Assembly: GCA_963718615.1 (NCBI GenBank)
Contig: OY970368.1
Span: 2,624,001 to 2,688,000 of the forward strand
Direction of reading: 5' to 3'
DNA length: 64,000 nucleotides
From: an uncultured cyanobacterium
GTDB lineage: Bacteria; Cyanobacteriota; Cyanobacteriia; PCC-9006; JAAUQQ01
Positions 1 through 9,904 of the stretch are shown here, piece after piece. A program made the translations under genes and the position numbers. Within the stretch, counting starts at the first letter, position 1, and each line of letters begins with the position of its first letter. The notes under the pieces were generated by a model, which did not search any database, was not told the DNA's origin, and saw only the letters and a list, made by a program, of their open reading frames with translations.

Positions 1-248
1 TTGATTGCTACCTCCAAGCCGTTGACCTCAACCCCAAACTCCCCCAAGCCTTTAACAATATTGCGGTGATTTATCATTTCCAGGGAGAGCGGGCTCAAGA
101 AGCGGATCGCGGAGAAGATGCGAACGATTTGTTTGATAAAGCCGCAGAATACTGGGTCAAAGCCATTCGACTCGCCCCCAACAACTACATCGAAGCCCAA
201 AACTGGCTCAAAACCACAGGTCGTGCCAATATTGACGCATTTTTCTAA
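1..248 (+). CDS. ycf3: Photosystem I assembly protein Ycf3 (5'-truncated by window edge)
   Basis: Open frame from the window start; TPR motif [11 protein letters not shown] and the Ycf3 C-terminus [21 protein letters not shown]. Confidence 0.95.
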   Translation, partial: DCYLQAVDLNPKLPQAFNNIAVIYHFQGERAQEADRGEDANDLFDKAAEYWVKAIRLAPNNYIEAQNWLKTTGRANIDAFF

Positions 249-307
249 GGCACTTCTCAGCCCACCGATTGCTCACCGATTGCCCTCTTTGAGATAATTT
301 CAGACCC

Positions 308-598
308 ATGATCGATCGCGACCAAGTCCACCGCGTTGCCCATCTCGCCCGACTCGACCTGCAAGTGGAAGAAGAACAGCAATTTGCCCAGCAGCTCAGC
401 GGCATCTTGGAGTATTTTGAGCAGCTCAGCGAACTTGACACAGACAACGTGCCGCCCACAACCCGCGCCATTGACGTCAGCAATATTACCCGTGTGGATC
501 AGCATCAACTCACCCTCAATCGGGAAGAGATTTTAGATTGTGCACCCGAGCGGGAAGGTGATTTTTTTCGAGTTCCTAAAATTTTGGGAGACGACTAA
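308..598 (+). CDS. gatC: Asp/Glu-tRNA amidotransferase subunit C
   Basis: 96 aa; V.RVA.LARL N-terminus and FFRVPKIL C-terminus. Confidence 0.95.
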   Translation: MIDRDQVHRVAHLARLDLQVEEEQQFAQQLSGILEYFEQLSELDTDNVPPTTRAIDVSNITRVDQHQLTLNREEILDCAPEREGDFFRVPKILGDD

Positions 599-602
599 CA
601 CC

Positions 603-1088
603 ATGGCAAGAGACGGGGCTAGCTGGCTCGAACATAGCGTTCAGGTTGAAGTTGATGTTCCTGTCGATTACGTCTGGGAGCTCTGGTCCGATCTCGAACA
701 AATGCCCAGATGGATGAAATGGATTGATACGGTTTCAATCTCAGATACAGACCCAGAGATTTCCCGTTGGAAGCTCAGTGCTGGATCCTTCGAGTTTAGC
801 TGGAACTCTCGCATTGTTAAGCTGATTCCCCAGCAGCTCATCCAGTGGGAATCCATTGATGGATTACCCAATCGCGGCGGCATCCGCTTTTACGATCGCA
901 AGGCCAGCAGTATTGTCAAACTCACCGTCGCCTACGACATTCCTGGCATCGTCGGTCAGCTCATGGACAATTTGTTCCTAGGCAGATTAGTCGAGTCCAA
1001 TCTGCAATCGGATCTATTTCGATTTCGAGATTACGCCCTGGAGACTTGGCGATCGCAATCTTCTCCTCCAACCGACACGGTCACTTGA
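603..1088 (+). CDS. SRPBCC/START-like (polyketide cyclase family) protein
   Basis: WLEHSVQVEV...W.LWSDLEQMPRWMKWI...GLPNRG; ATG at 603 follows the gatC stop. Confidence 0.85.
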   Translation: MARDGASWLEHSVQVEVDVPVDYVWELWSDLEQMPRWMKWIDTVSISDTDPEISRWKLSAGSFEFSWNSRIVKLIPQQLIQWESIDGLPNRGGIRFYDRKASSIVKLTVAYDIPGIVGQLMDNLFLGRLVESNLQSDLFRFRDYALETWRSQSSPPTDTVT

Positions 1089-1391
1089 TTATTCAAAACC
1101 CCAGTGTTTGAAACGCCAGTTCTTAAAACTCCAGTAAAGAGAGTGGGACTTTTCGCCCACACCTGATAGGCTAAACCACAGCATCATCTGAAGCAGAATA
1201 AAGTCAGGGAACATCAACCCTTAGCGTGTTGTTGTTTCTCAATCCCTGTCAGTCACAGGCGGACCTCAAAGACTTCCGTATAAGTTGGGTTGTCTTGTTT
1301 CCGTTAAAACCGGATATTGGATAAAGCCAGTGGGTATTTTGTCCAAGTAGTGAGATATCCGTTTTGATATTCACGCAAGGGTCGTTGACAC

Positions 1392-2174
1392 ATGCAGCAC
1401 GCTAATAGCACCGTTCTCAAGCAAGAGAGTCTGGAGCTTCTTCAGCAATATCGCGAGACTCCCTCTGCTGAGCTGCGGAATCGGTTGGTAGAGCTCAATT
1501 TTGGTCTTGTCCGTCGAGAAGCGCTTCACTGGGTTCAGCAATGCAACGAAAGCTATGAAGATTTGGTTCAAGTCGGTAGCCTTGGCCTGATTCGAGCCGT
1601 CGAGCGATTTCAGCTCTCTCGGGGACACGCATTCAGTTCCTTTGCCATTCCCTACATTCGTGGCGAAATTCAACACTATTTACGGGACAAAGGCGCGACG
1701 GTACGAATTCCGCGCCGCTGGCTAGAGCTCCGTCAGCAAGCTGCTAGCTTTATTCGTCGCCATCATAGCGAGGGGAAGGGTTTGCCTTCTGATCTGGAGA
1801 TTGCGGAAGCGCTGGCCATTTCCCTGGAAGACTGGCAAGACGTTAAACTCGCCCACAGCAACCGTTCTCCCCTTAGTCTGGATGCCCCAATTCAGGATCA
1901 AGACGAGGACGCTACGACGATGGGACAGTTGCTGCCCGATCCTCGCTACAAGAGTTTTCATTTGGCGCAAGAAGACCAAATCCGTCTTCAGCAAGCCTTG
2001 GCCCAGGTTGAACAGCGCACCCGCGACATTTTGGAGTTTGTGTTTTTACATGATCTGACCCAGCGAGAGACGGCTGAGCGCTTAGGTATTAGCTCTGTCA
2101 CCGTCTCTCGGCGGGTTAAAACGGGCCTACAGTCACTGAAAAACTTGCTGTCCCATGGGGAGGAGTCGATTTAA
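1392..2174 (+). CDS. sigF: Group 3 RNA polymerase sigma factor SigF
   Basis: Region 2 DLVQVGSLGLIRAVERF...AIPYIRGEIQHYLRD and region 4 TQRETAERLGISSVTVSR. Confidence 0.9.
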   Translation: MQHANSTVLKQESLELLQQYRETPSAELRNRLVELNFGLVRREALHWVQQCNESYEDLVQVGSLGLIRAVERFQLSRGHAFSSFAIPYIRGEIQHYLRDKGATVRIPRRWLELRQQAASFIRRHHSEGKGLPSDLEIAEALAISLEDWQDVKLAHSNRSPLSLDAPIQDQDEDATTMGQLLPDPRYKSFHLAQEDQIRLQQALAQVEQRTRDILEFVFLHDLTQRETAERLGISSVTVSRRVKTGLQSLKNLLSHGEESI

Positions 2175-2189
2175 GGGCGCTAGGATGGG

Positions 2190-3161
2190 TCAATAGGCCC
2201 GACCCAGGACATAGTCCGCAAGCTGGAACAGGGCTTGGCGCGCATTGGAGGGCGGCAAATCTCCTAGGGCTTGCTCTGCTAACTGGGCATGATATTTCGC
2301 TAATTCCCGCGCCCGCTCGATGCCTCGGCTTGCGTGAATGACGGCGATCGCCTGTTCCCAGTCTCCTTCTTGGCTAAATTCCCGCTCAATCCAAGTGGCC
2401 AAGGCAGGTTGTTCTTCGAGGGCATAGAGCGCCGGAGCCGTCAGATGACCATGCTTTAGGTCCGAGCCGGCAGGTTTCCCCAACACCTCTTCAGACCCCG
2501 TAAAGTCTAGAATGTCATCCACAATCTGAAAGGCCAAGCCTAGGTTCCGGCCATATTGATAGAGCTGCTCTTGCAAAGGCTCTGACACTTGGCTTAAAAC
2601 GCCAGCAGCCTTAGCACTATTGGCAATCAGAGATGCGGTTTTATCGTAGGTCTTCTCCAAATAGGTTTCCACCGATAAACTCGTATCGAATCGATTGAGT
2701 CCCTGCAAAATTTCTCCTTCAGCCAAATCCATAATCACCTGAGAAAGCAGCTTCACCACGGTGAGGTTATCGAGATTGGCCAAATACCAAGAGGATTGCG
2801 CGAAGAGAAAATCCCCAGCCAGAACGGCAACCCGGTTGGTAAAACTACTGTGGACCGTAGGTACCCCTCGACGCAGGGAGGACTCGTCTACCACATCGTC
2901 ATGGACGAGGCTCGCCGTGTGAATCATTTCTGTGATCTCGGCTAGGCGACGATGACGGGGGGTGAGCTCTTGCCCATTGAGCGTGGCCCGAGCGACCAAA
3001 AAGACGACTGCCGGGCGAAGCCGTTTTCCCCCTGCGCCGAATAGATGCTCCGCCGCCGCATACAAAATGGGATGACGCGCACCGATGAGCTGCTTCAGGT
3101 TATCCGTGAGCAGTTCTAGGTCTGCCTCGACCGGGGAAAACAAAGAGGTCGCTGAGGTCAT
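2190..3161 (-). CDS. sds: Solanesyl diphosphate synthase
   Basis: 323 aa; GGKRLRP, LVHDDVVD and FQIVDDILD; MTSATSLFSPVEADL N-terminus. Confidence 0.93.
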   Translation of the reverse strand: MTSATSLFSPVEADLELLTDNLKQLIGARHPILYAAAEHLFGAGGKRLRPAVVFLVARATLNGQELTPRHRRLAEITEMIHTASLVHDDVVDESSLRRGVPTVHSSFTNRVAVLAGDFLFAQSSWYLANLDNLTVVKLLSQVIMDLAEGEILQGLNRFDTSLSVETYLEKTYDKTASLIANSAKAAGVLSQVSEPLQEQLYQYGRNLGLAFQIVDDILDFTGSEEVLGKPAGSDLKHGHLTAPALYALEEQPALATWIEREFSQEGDWEQAIAVIHASRGIERARELAKYHAQLAEQALGDLPPSNARQALFQLADYVLGRAY

Positions 3162-3179
3162 GGATTAGCCTACTCGGGC

Positions 3180-3207
3180 GTTACGAAATTTTACAGTTCC
3201 TTACATC
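3180..3207. promoter_or_regulatory. HLR1-like (RpaB) direct repeat, three half-sites, upstream of sds
   Basis: GTTACGAA-AT-TTTACAGT-TC-CTTACATC, 10-bp period, resembles (G/T)TTACA(T/A)(T/A)-N2 repeats; 18 bp from the sds start. Confidence 0.55.
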
Positions 3208-3722
3208 GATTCTAAGGCAAGCATTGGCGTTCTCGCACGTTAGGGCTGCAATTCTGCTCTAGGACTGAGGTTGGAGCCTGCCAAAGAATGCTGAGGTACA
3301 GGTGTCATGGAATCTGAGAACGCTGTGGATCTGCCCTAGATTTTACTTTCAGTGGAGTTGTTCAAACCGTTATGCCATCAAGGTCTCGGACTGTAAAGAA
3401 GGGGTAGCCTCTTCCCCGGAATCCGTGTTACATTGATTATTAGAAATCGAAGGTGCTTTTCTCGTTTTTGCAAATAATGATTGGGCAAAGGTGGAGTCTA
3501 GCGAAGATAGCTTGAGAAAGTTATTTTGTTGAATGCTAGGCTTGAACAGGATCGAATCTTGCGATCGCCTTTCTCAACATCGCAAAAGCTAGCATCAAAG
3601 ACATTCGCGGTAGTCGTCATAGACCAAGCTTGTGGGTAGGGCTGATTTCAGTCTCTGCTTAGATTCGGCGTCCTAGTGATGGAAAAGCTGGATGTGAGAT
3701 GTGTGTTTTAGGCGCATATCTT

Positions 3723-3935
3723 GACTGCTTTGCAGTCGCATCCTCGTCACCGGGCTAATGTATGTCAGTGCCATAGGAACTTTATCCTGCTGGTTGTGCA
3801 TTCGGCCTTAGACCTTTCCGAGATTACTGCAAACCACCACTCACACCGTTCATACTCCCTGGTTTTTGCTGGCGATCGCTAGCGAATTAAACCATGGTTT
3901 TAGGCTAGGCTTTTCCTTTTAGGAGCGTCCTAGTC
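3723..3935. ncRNA. Candidate structured non-coding RNA in the murI-sds spacer
   Basis: Cluster of hairpins within a 1-kb spacer lacking ORFs of 60 aa or more; family not recognised. Confidence 0.3.
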
Positions 3936-4203
3936 TCCTTTCCCCTATCTAAAAATCTATTCCTCCTTGACTCGAACTTTAGAGACGTTCAATGATTCAA
4001 TCACACCACATCATCATCACGGTCCCTTTATTGGCTAGTGTGTATTTGTTTAGTATCTACTTGTTATTTGTCTTACTGGCGCGACGAGCGGTGGATTGAG
4101 GCTGCGATCGCGATCTTCAGACAGGGCAATGTTGCATAATGCCCCGTCACATTCAGTACTCAGAAGCACATATCGACCGTAGAAATCTCGACATCCCAGG
4201 GGA

Positions 4204-5136
4204 TTACGACGCTGCGACATCCACCGAGGCCGCTACCGGCAGGCTGGGTGCAAAACTAATTTGCTCCACATTGGGCCGATAGCCTAACCATTGAGCCGAA
4301 ACTTCAGCGAAGGGATAGGGATTGCCGCTCACGCCAAACCGGGTCGGTCTAGGCTGGCGGAAATTTCTCAGGCCCATGGCGTCTAGTTCGCGGGCTGCCG
4401 CCGCAACCACATGGGCTGCCGGATCCACGAAATTAACGGAGGTCGGCAGGATTTGCTGGAGGACGGGGGCGAGATGGGGATAATGGGTGCAGCCATAGAC
4501 CAGGGTGTCAATTTGGGCTTGCAGAAGTGGCTCTAGATACCCTTGGGCAATTTCCTGAGCTTCGGGGGTAAAAATGCGACCCTGCTCAACCAAATGGACA
4601 AATTCAGGACAGCCAATCTGCCAAACTTCAGCAGTGGGGTCGATCTCGTGAACGGCGTGGCGGTAGGCTTGGCTGGAGGCTGTTGCTTGGGTTGAAATGA
4701 CCCCAATCCGTTTGCCTTGCTGAACCGCTGCCCTTGCCCCCGGTAAGATGAGCCCTAGGGTCGGAAAATCATAGTCATCCTGAACGGCTTCTAGGGCCAA
4801 GGCAGAACTGGTATTGCAGGCCATGATCACCATCTTGACGCCCTGCTGACTCATCCACCCAAGGATGTCATGGACGAAGGCAATAATTTCCTCGCGGGAC
4901 CGCGTTCCATAGGGAAGACGCGCGGTGTCGCCAAAATAGAGCACGGACTCCTGGGGCAACTGATGATAAAGCTCTCGTAAGACCGTAATGCCGCCGACTC
5001 CACTATCAAAAATACCGATAGGGGCAGTCTCTGGAGAAAGCGAGTAATTGACTTCAGCCGATGCCGCACAACTTTTATCGGACTGGGAACCGGACCGGGA
5101 ACTGGAAAACGAATGCCGCTGCATTAATTCAAGCAC
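4204..5136 (-). CDS. murI: Glutamate racemase
   Basis: FDSGVGG, ACNTSS and GCTHYP motifs; start codon uncertain. Confidence 0.95.
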   Translation of the reverse strand: MLELMQRHSFSSSRSGSQSDKSCAASAEVNYSLSPETAPIGIFDSGVGGITVLRELYHQLPQESVLYFGDTARLPYGTRSREEIIAFVHDILGWMSQQGVKMVIMACNTSSALALEAVQDDYDFPTLGLILPGARAAVQQGKRIGVISTQATASSQAYRHAVHEIDPTAEVWQIGCPEFVHLVEQGRIFTPEAQEIAQGYLEPLLQAQIDTLVYGCTHYPHLAPVLQQILPTSVNFVDPAAHVVAAAARELDAMGLRNFRQPRPTRFGVSGNPYPFAEVSAQWLGYRPNVEQISFAPSLPVAASVDVAAS

Positions 5137-5453
5137 TCCTCACGTTAAAGGATTAGCAAAGGGATGAGTGACCACCACAATCGACTCACCTTCTACCAAA
5201 ACACAAACCACGAACTCTTAACTAGAACTGGCGATCGCCAAAAGACGTGCAAGTCCCGACTTTCATTAGGTACAAGCTATCTCCAATAAATGTCAAACAG
5301 CTTAGCATGGGTTTTTGAGATCCCCCAGGTTTCTCTATTTGAGCTTTAGTTCTGGCGGTTTTAGCCTACCCCGGTGACCCGAGGGAAGGGGTAATCACCC
5401 TGCATGGGGTCAAACTCCAGGATCGGTCAAAAAGATCAGGCTTGTCCAGATGG

Positions 5454-5486
5454 AAAAGCGACTCTTCTCGCCAGAAAAGTCGCTTT
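5454..5486 (-). terminator. Intrinsic terminator downstream of ndhP
   Basis: aaagcgact...agtcgcttt stem with a T-tract on the minus strand. Confidence 0.6.
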
Positions 5487-5532
5487 GGTCAAAAAATTAG
5501 CGAAAAGATTTAGTGAAACCCCAACCCTGGGC

Positions 5533-5655
5533 CTAATGGGCTGAACCATTGCCGTGATAATTGTCGGAATCGTAGAACCCATTCTTGGTTCCGAAGAATA
5601 GAGTGGTTGCGAGGAAGATGAGGGTGAGCAACGCCAAGATCAGTTTGATATCCAT
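5533..5655 (-). CDS. ndhP: NDH-1L subunit NdhP (40 aa; absent from ORF track)
   Basis: Manual translation MDIKLILALLTLIFLATTLFFGTKNGFYDSDNYHGNGSAH; one TM helix plus the NdhP tail FFGTxNGFYDxDxYHGNGSAH. Confidence 0.95.
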   Translation of the reverse strand: MDIKLILALLTLIFLATTLFFGTKNGFYDSDNYHGNGSAH

Positions 5656-5785
5656 GAAAGCCCTAGGGAGGATGGAACTGCCTTTATTGTGGCGGACTTT
5701 CGGGAATTAAGCCCCGTGGATTGCCAGTTTGTAACAGTTCTGGGTAGAGTCTTGGGTACGGTTTTGAGTCAGGGCAGAACCTTGG

Positions 5786-6412
5786 CTAACGCAGAACCTC
5801 GCCCGCCGCCGTAAACTGCACCTGGTTAATGCCAAACTGCCCATTGGCTACGAGGGTGTGCCGAATGCCACCCAACAGCGATAGACCTTCGCAGTGGGAG
5901 AGCGACTTGAGCGATCGCTTCGAATTTGAAGTCACCCGCAGATCTACCGTCACCTCGCCAACCCCCGGCCCCGGCGTCACGCGATAGCCTGCCAGGTCAA
6001 AATCAACGGTCTTGCTGGCGGCGATCGCCTGCCCCACCGCATCTTCCAGAGCCGTTTGCCGAGGCAAAACAAGAACTTCACCTTGGAAGCGATCGCACTG
6101 TGAATCCAGCTTAAAAACCTCCACACTGGTCGTCGTGGCTGCGGTCACCTGCCGATTGGGTTGACGATCGGGTTCTCCCAGGGGCGGCGCATCGAGCAAT
6201 GAGGGAGCAGGGCCGGAAGGATTAGGACGAGCATCAGGACGAGGATTGGAAGGAGCATTAACATCCCCATCCAGCAAAGATTGAGCCAGCGGCTGGGAAA
6301 GAGATTGGGGGAGAGAGGGATCTTGGAGTTGAGCGAGGGCGATCGCGCCTCCACTAATCCCCGCAGCGGCAGCGAAGGACAGACCCAGAAAGAAGCGGAA
6401 GGGGGAAGTCAT
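5786..6412 (-). CDS. Exported protein, probable GerMN-like domain
   Basis: Signal peptide, Pro-rich linker, then DFDLAGYRV...TVDLR...SLSHCE...IRHTL. Confidence 0.6.
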   Translation of the reverse strand: MTSPFRFFLGLSFAAAAGISGGAIALAQLQDPSLPQSLSQPLAQSLLDGDVNAPSNPRPDARPNPSGPAPSLLDAPPLGEPDRQPNRQVTAATTTSVEVFKLDSQCDRFQGEVLVLPRQTALEDAVGQAIAASKTVDFDLAGYRVTPGPGVGEVTVDLRVTSNSKRSLKSLSHCEGLSLLGGIRHTLVANGQFGINQVQFTAAGEVLR

Positions 6413-6540
6413 TGTGGGATACTAAACGGCGGTTACAGTGACTCATCAGACGGCTTGGCATTTCCGTCTCTCTACTGGATCCAGCCCTGAGGGCTACTGT
6501 TCCGTGCAAAATTAGGTTTCTTTACGGAATTTTGTCGCTG

Positions 6541-7548
6541 ATGCTGACCACTGCCTGGACCCGCCGCCACGTGATCTCTCTGGCCGATTTTGTGCCGGAG
6601 GAGTATGACACGGTCCTGCAAACTGCGGCGAGCTTTGCCGAGGTTCTGTCCCGGCGCAATAAAAAGGTGCCCACGCTCCAAGGCCAGGTGGTCACAACGC
6701 TGTTTTTTGAGCCCTCGACGCGAACCCGCAGCAGCTTTGAGCTGGCAGCGAAGCGGCTCTCGGCGGATACGCTCAACTTTGCACCGGGATCATCGTCGCT
6801 CTCGAAGGGGGAGACAATTCTGGATACGGCCAAGACCTATCTGGCCATGGGAACGGATATCATGGTGATCCGCCATCAGGAGTCAGGAGTGCCCCAGGCG
6901 ATCGCCGACGAAATGGAGCGCCTCGGAACCCATGTGCGAGTTTTGAATGCGGGGGATGGTCAGCACGAGCACCCGTCCCAGGCCCTGCTGGACTTGTTTA
7001 CGCTTTGCTCATTGCTTGATGAGAAGAATCCCCGAATTGATTTGCTGCGGGGCCAAAAGATTGCCATCGTTGGAGATATTTTGCATTCGCGGGTGGCGCG
7101 ATCGAATATTTGGAGTTTGACCGCAGCGGGGGCTGAGGTGCATTTGGCGGGGCCACCCACGCTGGTCCCCCGCTTGTTTGAGGACTATGTCACGGCCCTG
7201 GGACGGCAGGAACCGGCGCTAGAGCGCAAGCTGTTTGTTCACTGGCAGTTGGAACCGGCCCTCGAAAAAGCAGATTTTGTCATGACGCTGCGGTTGCAAA
7301 AGGAGCGCATGACCCAGCATTTGTTGCCGAGCTTGCGGGAGTATCATCAACATTTTGGGATTACCCGCGATCGCCTCCAATGCTGTAAGCCCCATGTCAA
7401 AGTGCTTCACCCCGGTCCTGTGAATCGCGGTGTCGAGCTGAGTTCCGATTTGATGGATGATCCCCAACTTAGCCTGATTCCCCAGCAGGTGAGCAATGGT
7501 GTTGCGGTGCGGATGGCGCTGTTGTATCTAATTGGAGGCGGGCGTTAG
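6541..7548 (+). CDS. pyrB: Aspartate carbamoyltransferase catalytic subunit
   Basis: [18 protein letters not shown] and HPGPVNRG motifs. Confidence 0.97.
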   Translation: MLTTAWTRRHVISLADFVPEEYDTVLQTAASFAEVLSRRNKKVPTLQGQVVTTLFFEPSTRTRSSFELAAKRLSADTLNFAPGSSSLSKGETILDTAKTYLAMGTDIMVIRHQESGVPQAIADEMERLGTHVRVLNAGDGQHEHPSQALLDLFTLCSLLDEKNPRIDLLRGQKIAIVGDILHSRVARSNIWSLTAAGAEVHLAGPPTLVPRLFEDYVTALGRQEPALERKLFVHWQLEPALEKADFVMTLRLQKERMTQHLLPSLREYHQHFGITRDRLQCCKPHVKVLHPGPVNRGVELSSDLMDDPQLSLIPQQVSNGVAVRMALLYLIGGGR

Positions 7549-7583
7549 CTCTTGGGCATTACTTGGTCATTACTTGGGGGGCA

Positions 7584-8198
7584 TTAGAGTAATCGAGGCA
7601 AAATCAAACCCGAACGAGTTTGATAATCTTCAAACTCAGGATAACGAGAGAGAGACTGCTCCTTCTTGCGCATGTTGGGGAAAAAGATTGTGGCGACAAA
7701 AGCAGCCAAAATCACAAAGGAAATCCAGTGCCAAGACAGTAGGGCAAAACTGCCGTAAATTAAGACTTCGCCAAGGTAGTTGGTATTGCGACAACGGGCA
7801 AAAAAACCTTCTGTAATCAGCCCCTTTTGATATTTGAGCGTGTAATACTTTTGAGCATCGCTGGTGTAGTGAAGAAACACACCAAGAATATTGAGACCAA
7901 CAGCAGCGGCGATCGCGCCCACCGGTACTAAAACACCACTACTGATCAGCAACCAAGGCGCGACCCAATATAGCCCCAAACCGAGAAACGTCACGATTCC
8001 CATGGGCAAGGACTGCTCTTTTTCCCATTGTTGATCGGGGTAGATGCGGTCCTTGAGCAACCATAAAATGCCGTAGGTGCCATGAAGGGCAAGGTAAATC
8101 CAGGGGGCGATCGCAAAGTTGTGATAAACCGTCATCAAGCCCAAAACCACAAAAGCCGTTAGACCTTTGTGCAGATTAATTGCATGTTTGATTTTCAT
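7584..8198 (-). CDS. DUF1295 / steroid 5-alpha-reductase-like (ICMT superfamily) membrane protein
   Basis: Multi-TM; SDAQKY, GLITEGFF..CRNTNYLGE. Confidence 0.75.
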   Translation of the reverse strand: MKIKHAINLHKGLTAFVVLGLMTVYHNFAIAPWIYLALHGTYGILWLLKDRIYPDQQWEKEQSLPMGIVTFLGLGLYWVAPWLLISSGVLVPVGAIAAAVGLNILGVFLHYTSDAQKYYTLKYQKGLITEGFFARCRNTNYLGEVLIYGSFALLSWHWISFVILAAFVATIFFPNMRKKEQSLSRYPEFEDYQTRSGLILPRLL

Positions 8199-9637
8199 GA
8201 TTTTTTCACAGCTTCAGGAAAATTCCGAGGAGGAACAGAGCGGCCTTGATAAAATTTTTGCTCTAATTGCGTGAGACCGTACCAGACAGAGCAGCAGGCG
8301 ATCGCTCCCATCACTAATCCCACGGTTAAAGCAGATCCGATACTGATAAAAATGGGTAACAGTATAGCTAAACTCCAAGCGAGAAGAGCTAGGGCGATCG
8401 CCACAAGTTTCCCCCGTTTGACATTTTTCAGTGCCCCCCGACAGCTCACACAATGCTGCGTATGGGAATTGTAGCGATCGAGCAGGATATCTCTATTTTC
8501 GAGGGCAGGGGGCAGTGACTGGCCGGGAAAGGGATCGGCATCGTAGTGATTGACCCAATCCCGCAAAGCTGAAACAAAGGTATCTGCTTTTGTGGGCAGA
8601 TAAAAAGCTTTGCTGTAGGCTGAACTGCCGCCTAGCTTTTCTAGATAACGCTCCTGAAAATGCAGAAAAATTTGGTCATCTTCTAGGACTCCATTTTGAC
8701 CAATATGAGAAAACCAAGTGGGCGTTGCCTTGATAAAAAAGGCAGGAATTTTAGAGGGAAATTTAAACGGAAATCGAGCAAAAAGACGGCATTTGCCTTT
8801 ACTCATGGGCGTGGCATAGACCACGGTTAACGTTCGGCCAAACTGCTTGGATGTGAGATCATGCCACATCAGGCTAGGGGCGATGAACGTTGTATTTTGA
8901 GTTCCCAATTTGCCTAAGCGAGGACCTTCTGGCCAAATCCCCATAAAGCCGGTTTTGTCCTGGGTAAGAAGGTCCATCGCAGTAGGACCCGCGTTAACAC
9001 GATTGCCCACGGTTTTGTGGTGAGTATAGGGCAAGTGACTAGGATCGAGGACGTTTTCGAGCAGCGTTAGGGCATCGTAGGGCACATCGCGGAACATGTT
9101 AAGAACGACCCAATTATTGTCGCCATCTTCAAGGGGATCGACGAGCGGAATCTTGATTGTGTCTGCATTCTGTGGGTTGCCGGGATAGGCAAACAGCATT
9201 TCCTGGCGAATAACCGTAGGGAGCGCTTTAGCACAAGCCCGTTGGGCAATGTGGGCTTGACCGTTGACGTCCTGTTGAGGAATGGATTCACAGTTGCCGG
9301 TGCCTGAAAAAGTCCAGCCGTGATAGGGGCATTCAAGCTGACCTTGGGAATTGATGCGACCTTCGGACAGAGGCGCGAGGCGATGGGGACATTGATCCTG
9401 AAAGACGCGCCAAGTTGCAGCGGTTTGATCCCACCAAATGACGAGGTCTTCGTCCAAAAGCGTAAAACGATTCGGTTGGGTTTTGTCGAGGTCCTGGACA
9501 AAAAAGAGGGGATGCCAGGCTTCTTTCCAGTCAAAGCGATCGGGATCGGGGCCTCCGGCGGGTTGACTGTGGGCAGGGGTTTGAGGCTGCAATTGCGGCT
9601 GTGATTGAGGAACTGTGGCGGAAGCCTGGATTTCCAT
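8195..9637 (-). CDS. Rieske [2Fe-2S] oxygenase, pheophorbide a oxygenase (PaO)-like
   Basis: CPHR...CPYHGW Rieske motif, ENVLDPSHLPYTH iron site, HTQHCVSC and C-terminal TMs. Confidence 0.9.
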   Translation of the reverse strand: MEIQASATVPQSQPQLQPQTPAHSQPAGGPDPDRFDWKEAWHPLFFVQDLDKTQPNRFTLLDEDLVIWWDQTAATWRVFQDQCPHRLAPLSEGRINSQGQLECPYHGWTFSGTGNCESIPQQDVNGQAHIAQRACAKALPTVIRQEMLFAYPGNPQNADTIKIPLVDPLEDGDNNWVVLNMFRDVPYDALTLLENVLDPSHLPYTHHKTVGNRVNAGPTAMDLLTQDKTGFMGIWPEGPRLGKLGTQNTTFIAPSLMWHDLTSKQFGRTLTVVYATPMSKGKCRLFARFPFKFPSKIPAFFIKATPTWFSHIGQNGVLEDDQIFLHFQERYLEKLGGSSAYSKAFYLPTKADTFVSALRDWVNHYDADPFPGQSLPPALENRDILLDRYNSHTQHCVSCRGALKNVKRGKLVAIALALLAWSLAILLPIFISIGSALTVGLVMGAIACCSVWYGLTQLEQKFYQGRSVPPRNFPEAVKKS

Positions 9638-9740
9638 GGTCGGTTTGTTGCGAAATGTAACACTATTTCATTGTGCCACTGATGGATGGGATGTGGGGCA
9701 GAGCGGCCTGTTCAACCCTCTGATCTAAGTAGAAACCGCT

Positions 9741-9788
9741 CAAATTTAAGTGGAAGTTTAAGCACGAGTTTAAGTGCAAGTTAAAGCC
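9741..9788. repeat. Four imperfect 12-bp tandem repeats in a divergent promoter region
   Basis: caaatttaagtg gaagtttaagca cgagtttaagtg caagttaaagcc. Confidence 0.7.
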
Positions 9789-9904
9789 AAGATAAGTTGT
9801 TAACACATCTTTAGAGATGCAGAATCCCAGGGCTATTTGAGTCTCGCGGCCTCAGACGTTATCATAGGCCAGAAGATCAGCCTTTTTAGGCGGGAGCCCT
9901 GGTT

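Noticed and set aside
5134-5145. ACTCCTCAC resembling the Yfr1 sRNA motif
   Set aside because: It is the reverse complement of the murI ribosome-binding site (GTGAGGAGT) and lacks flanking hairpins.
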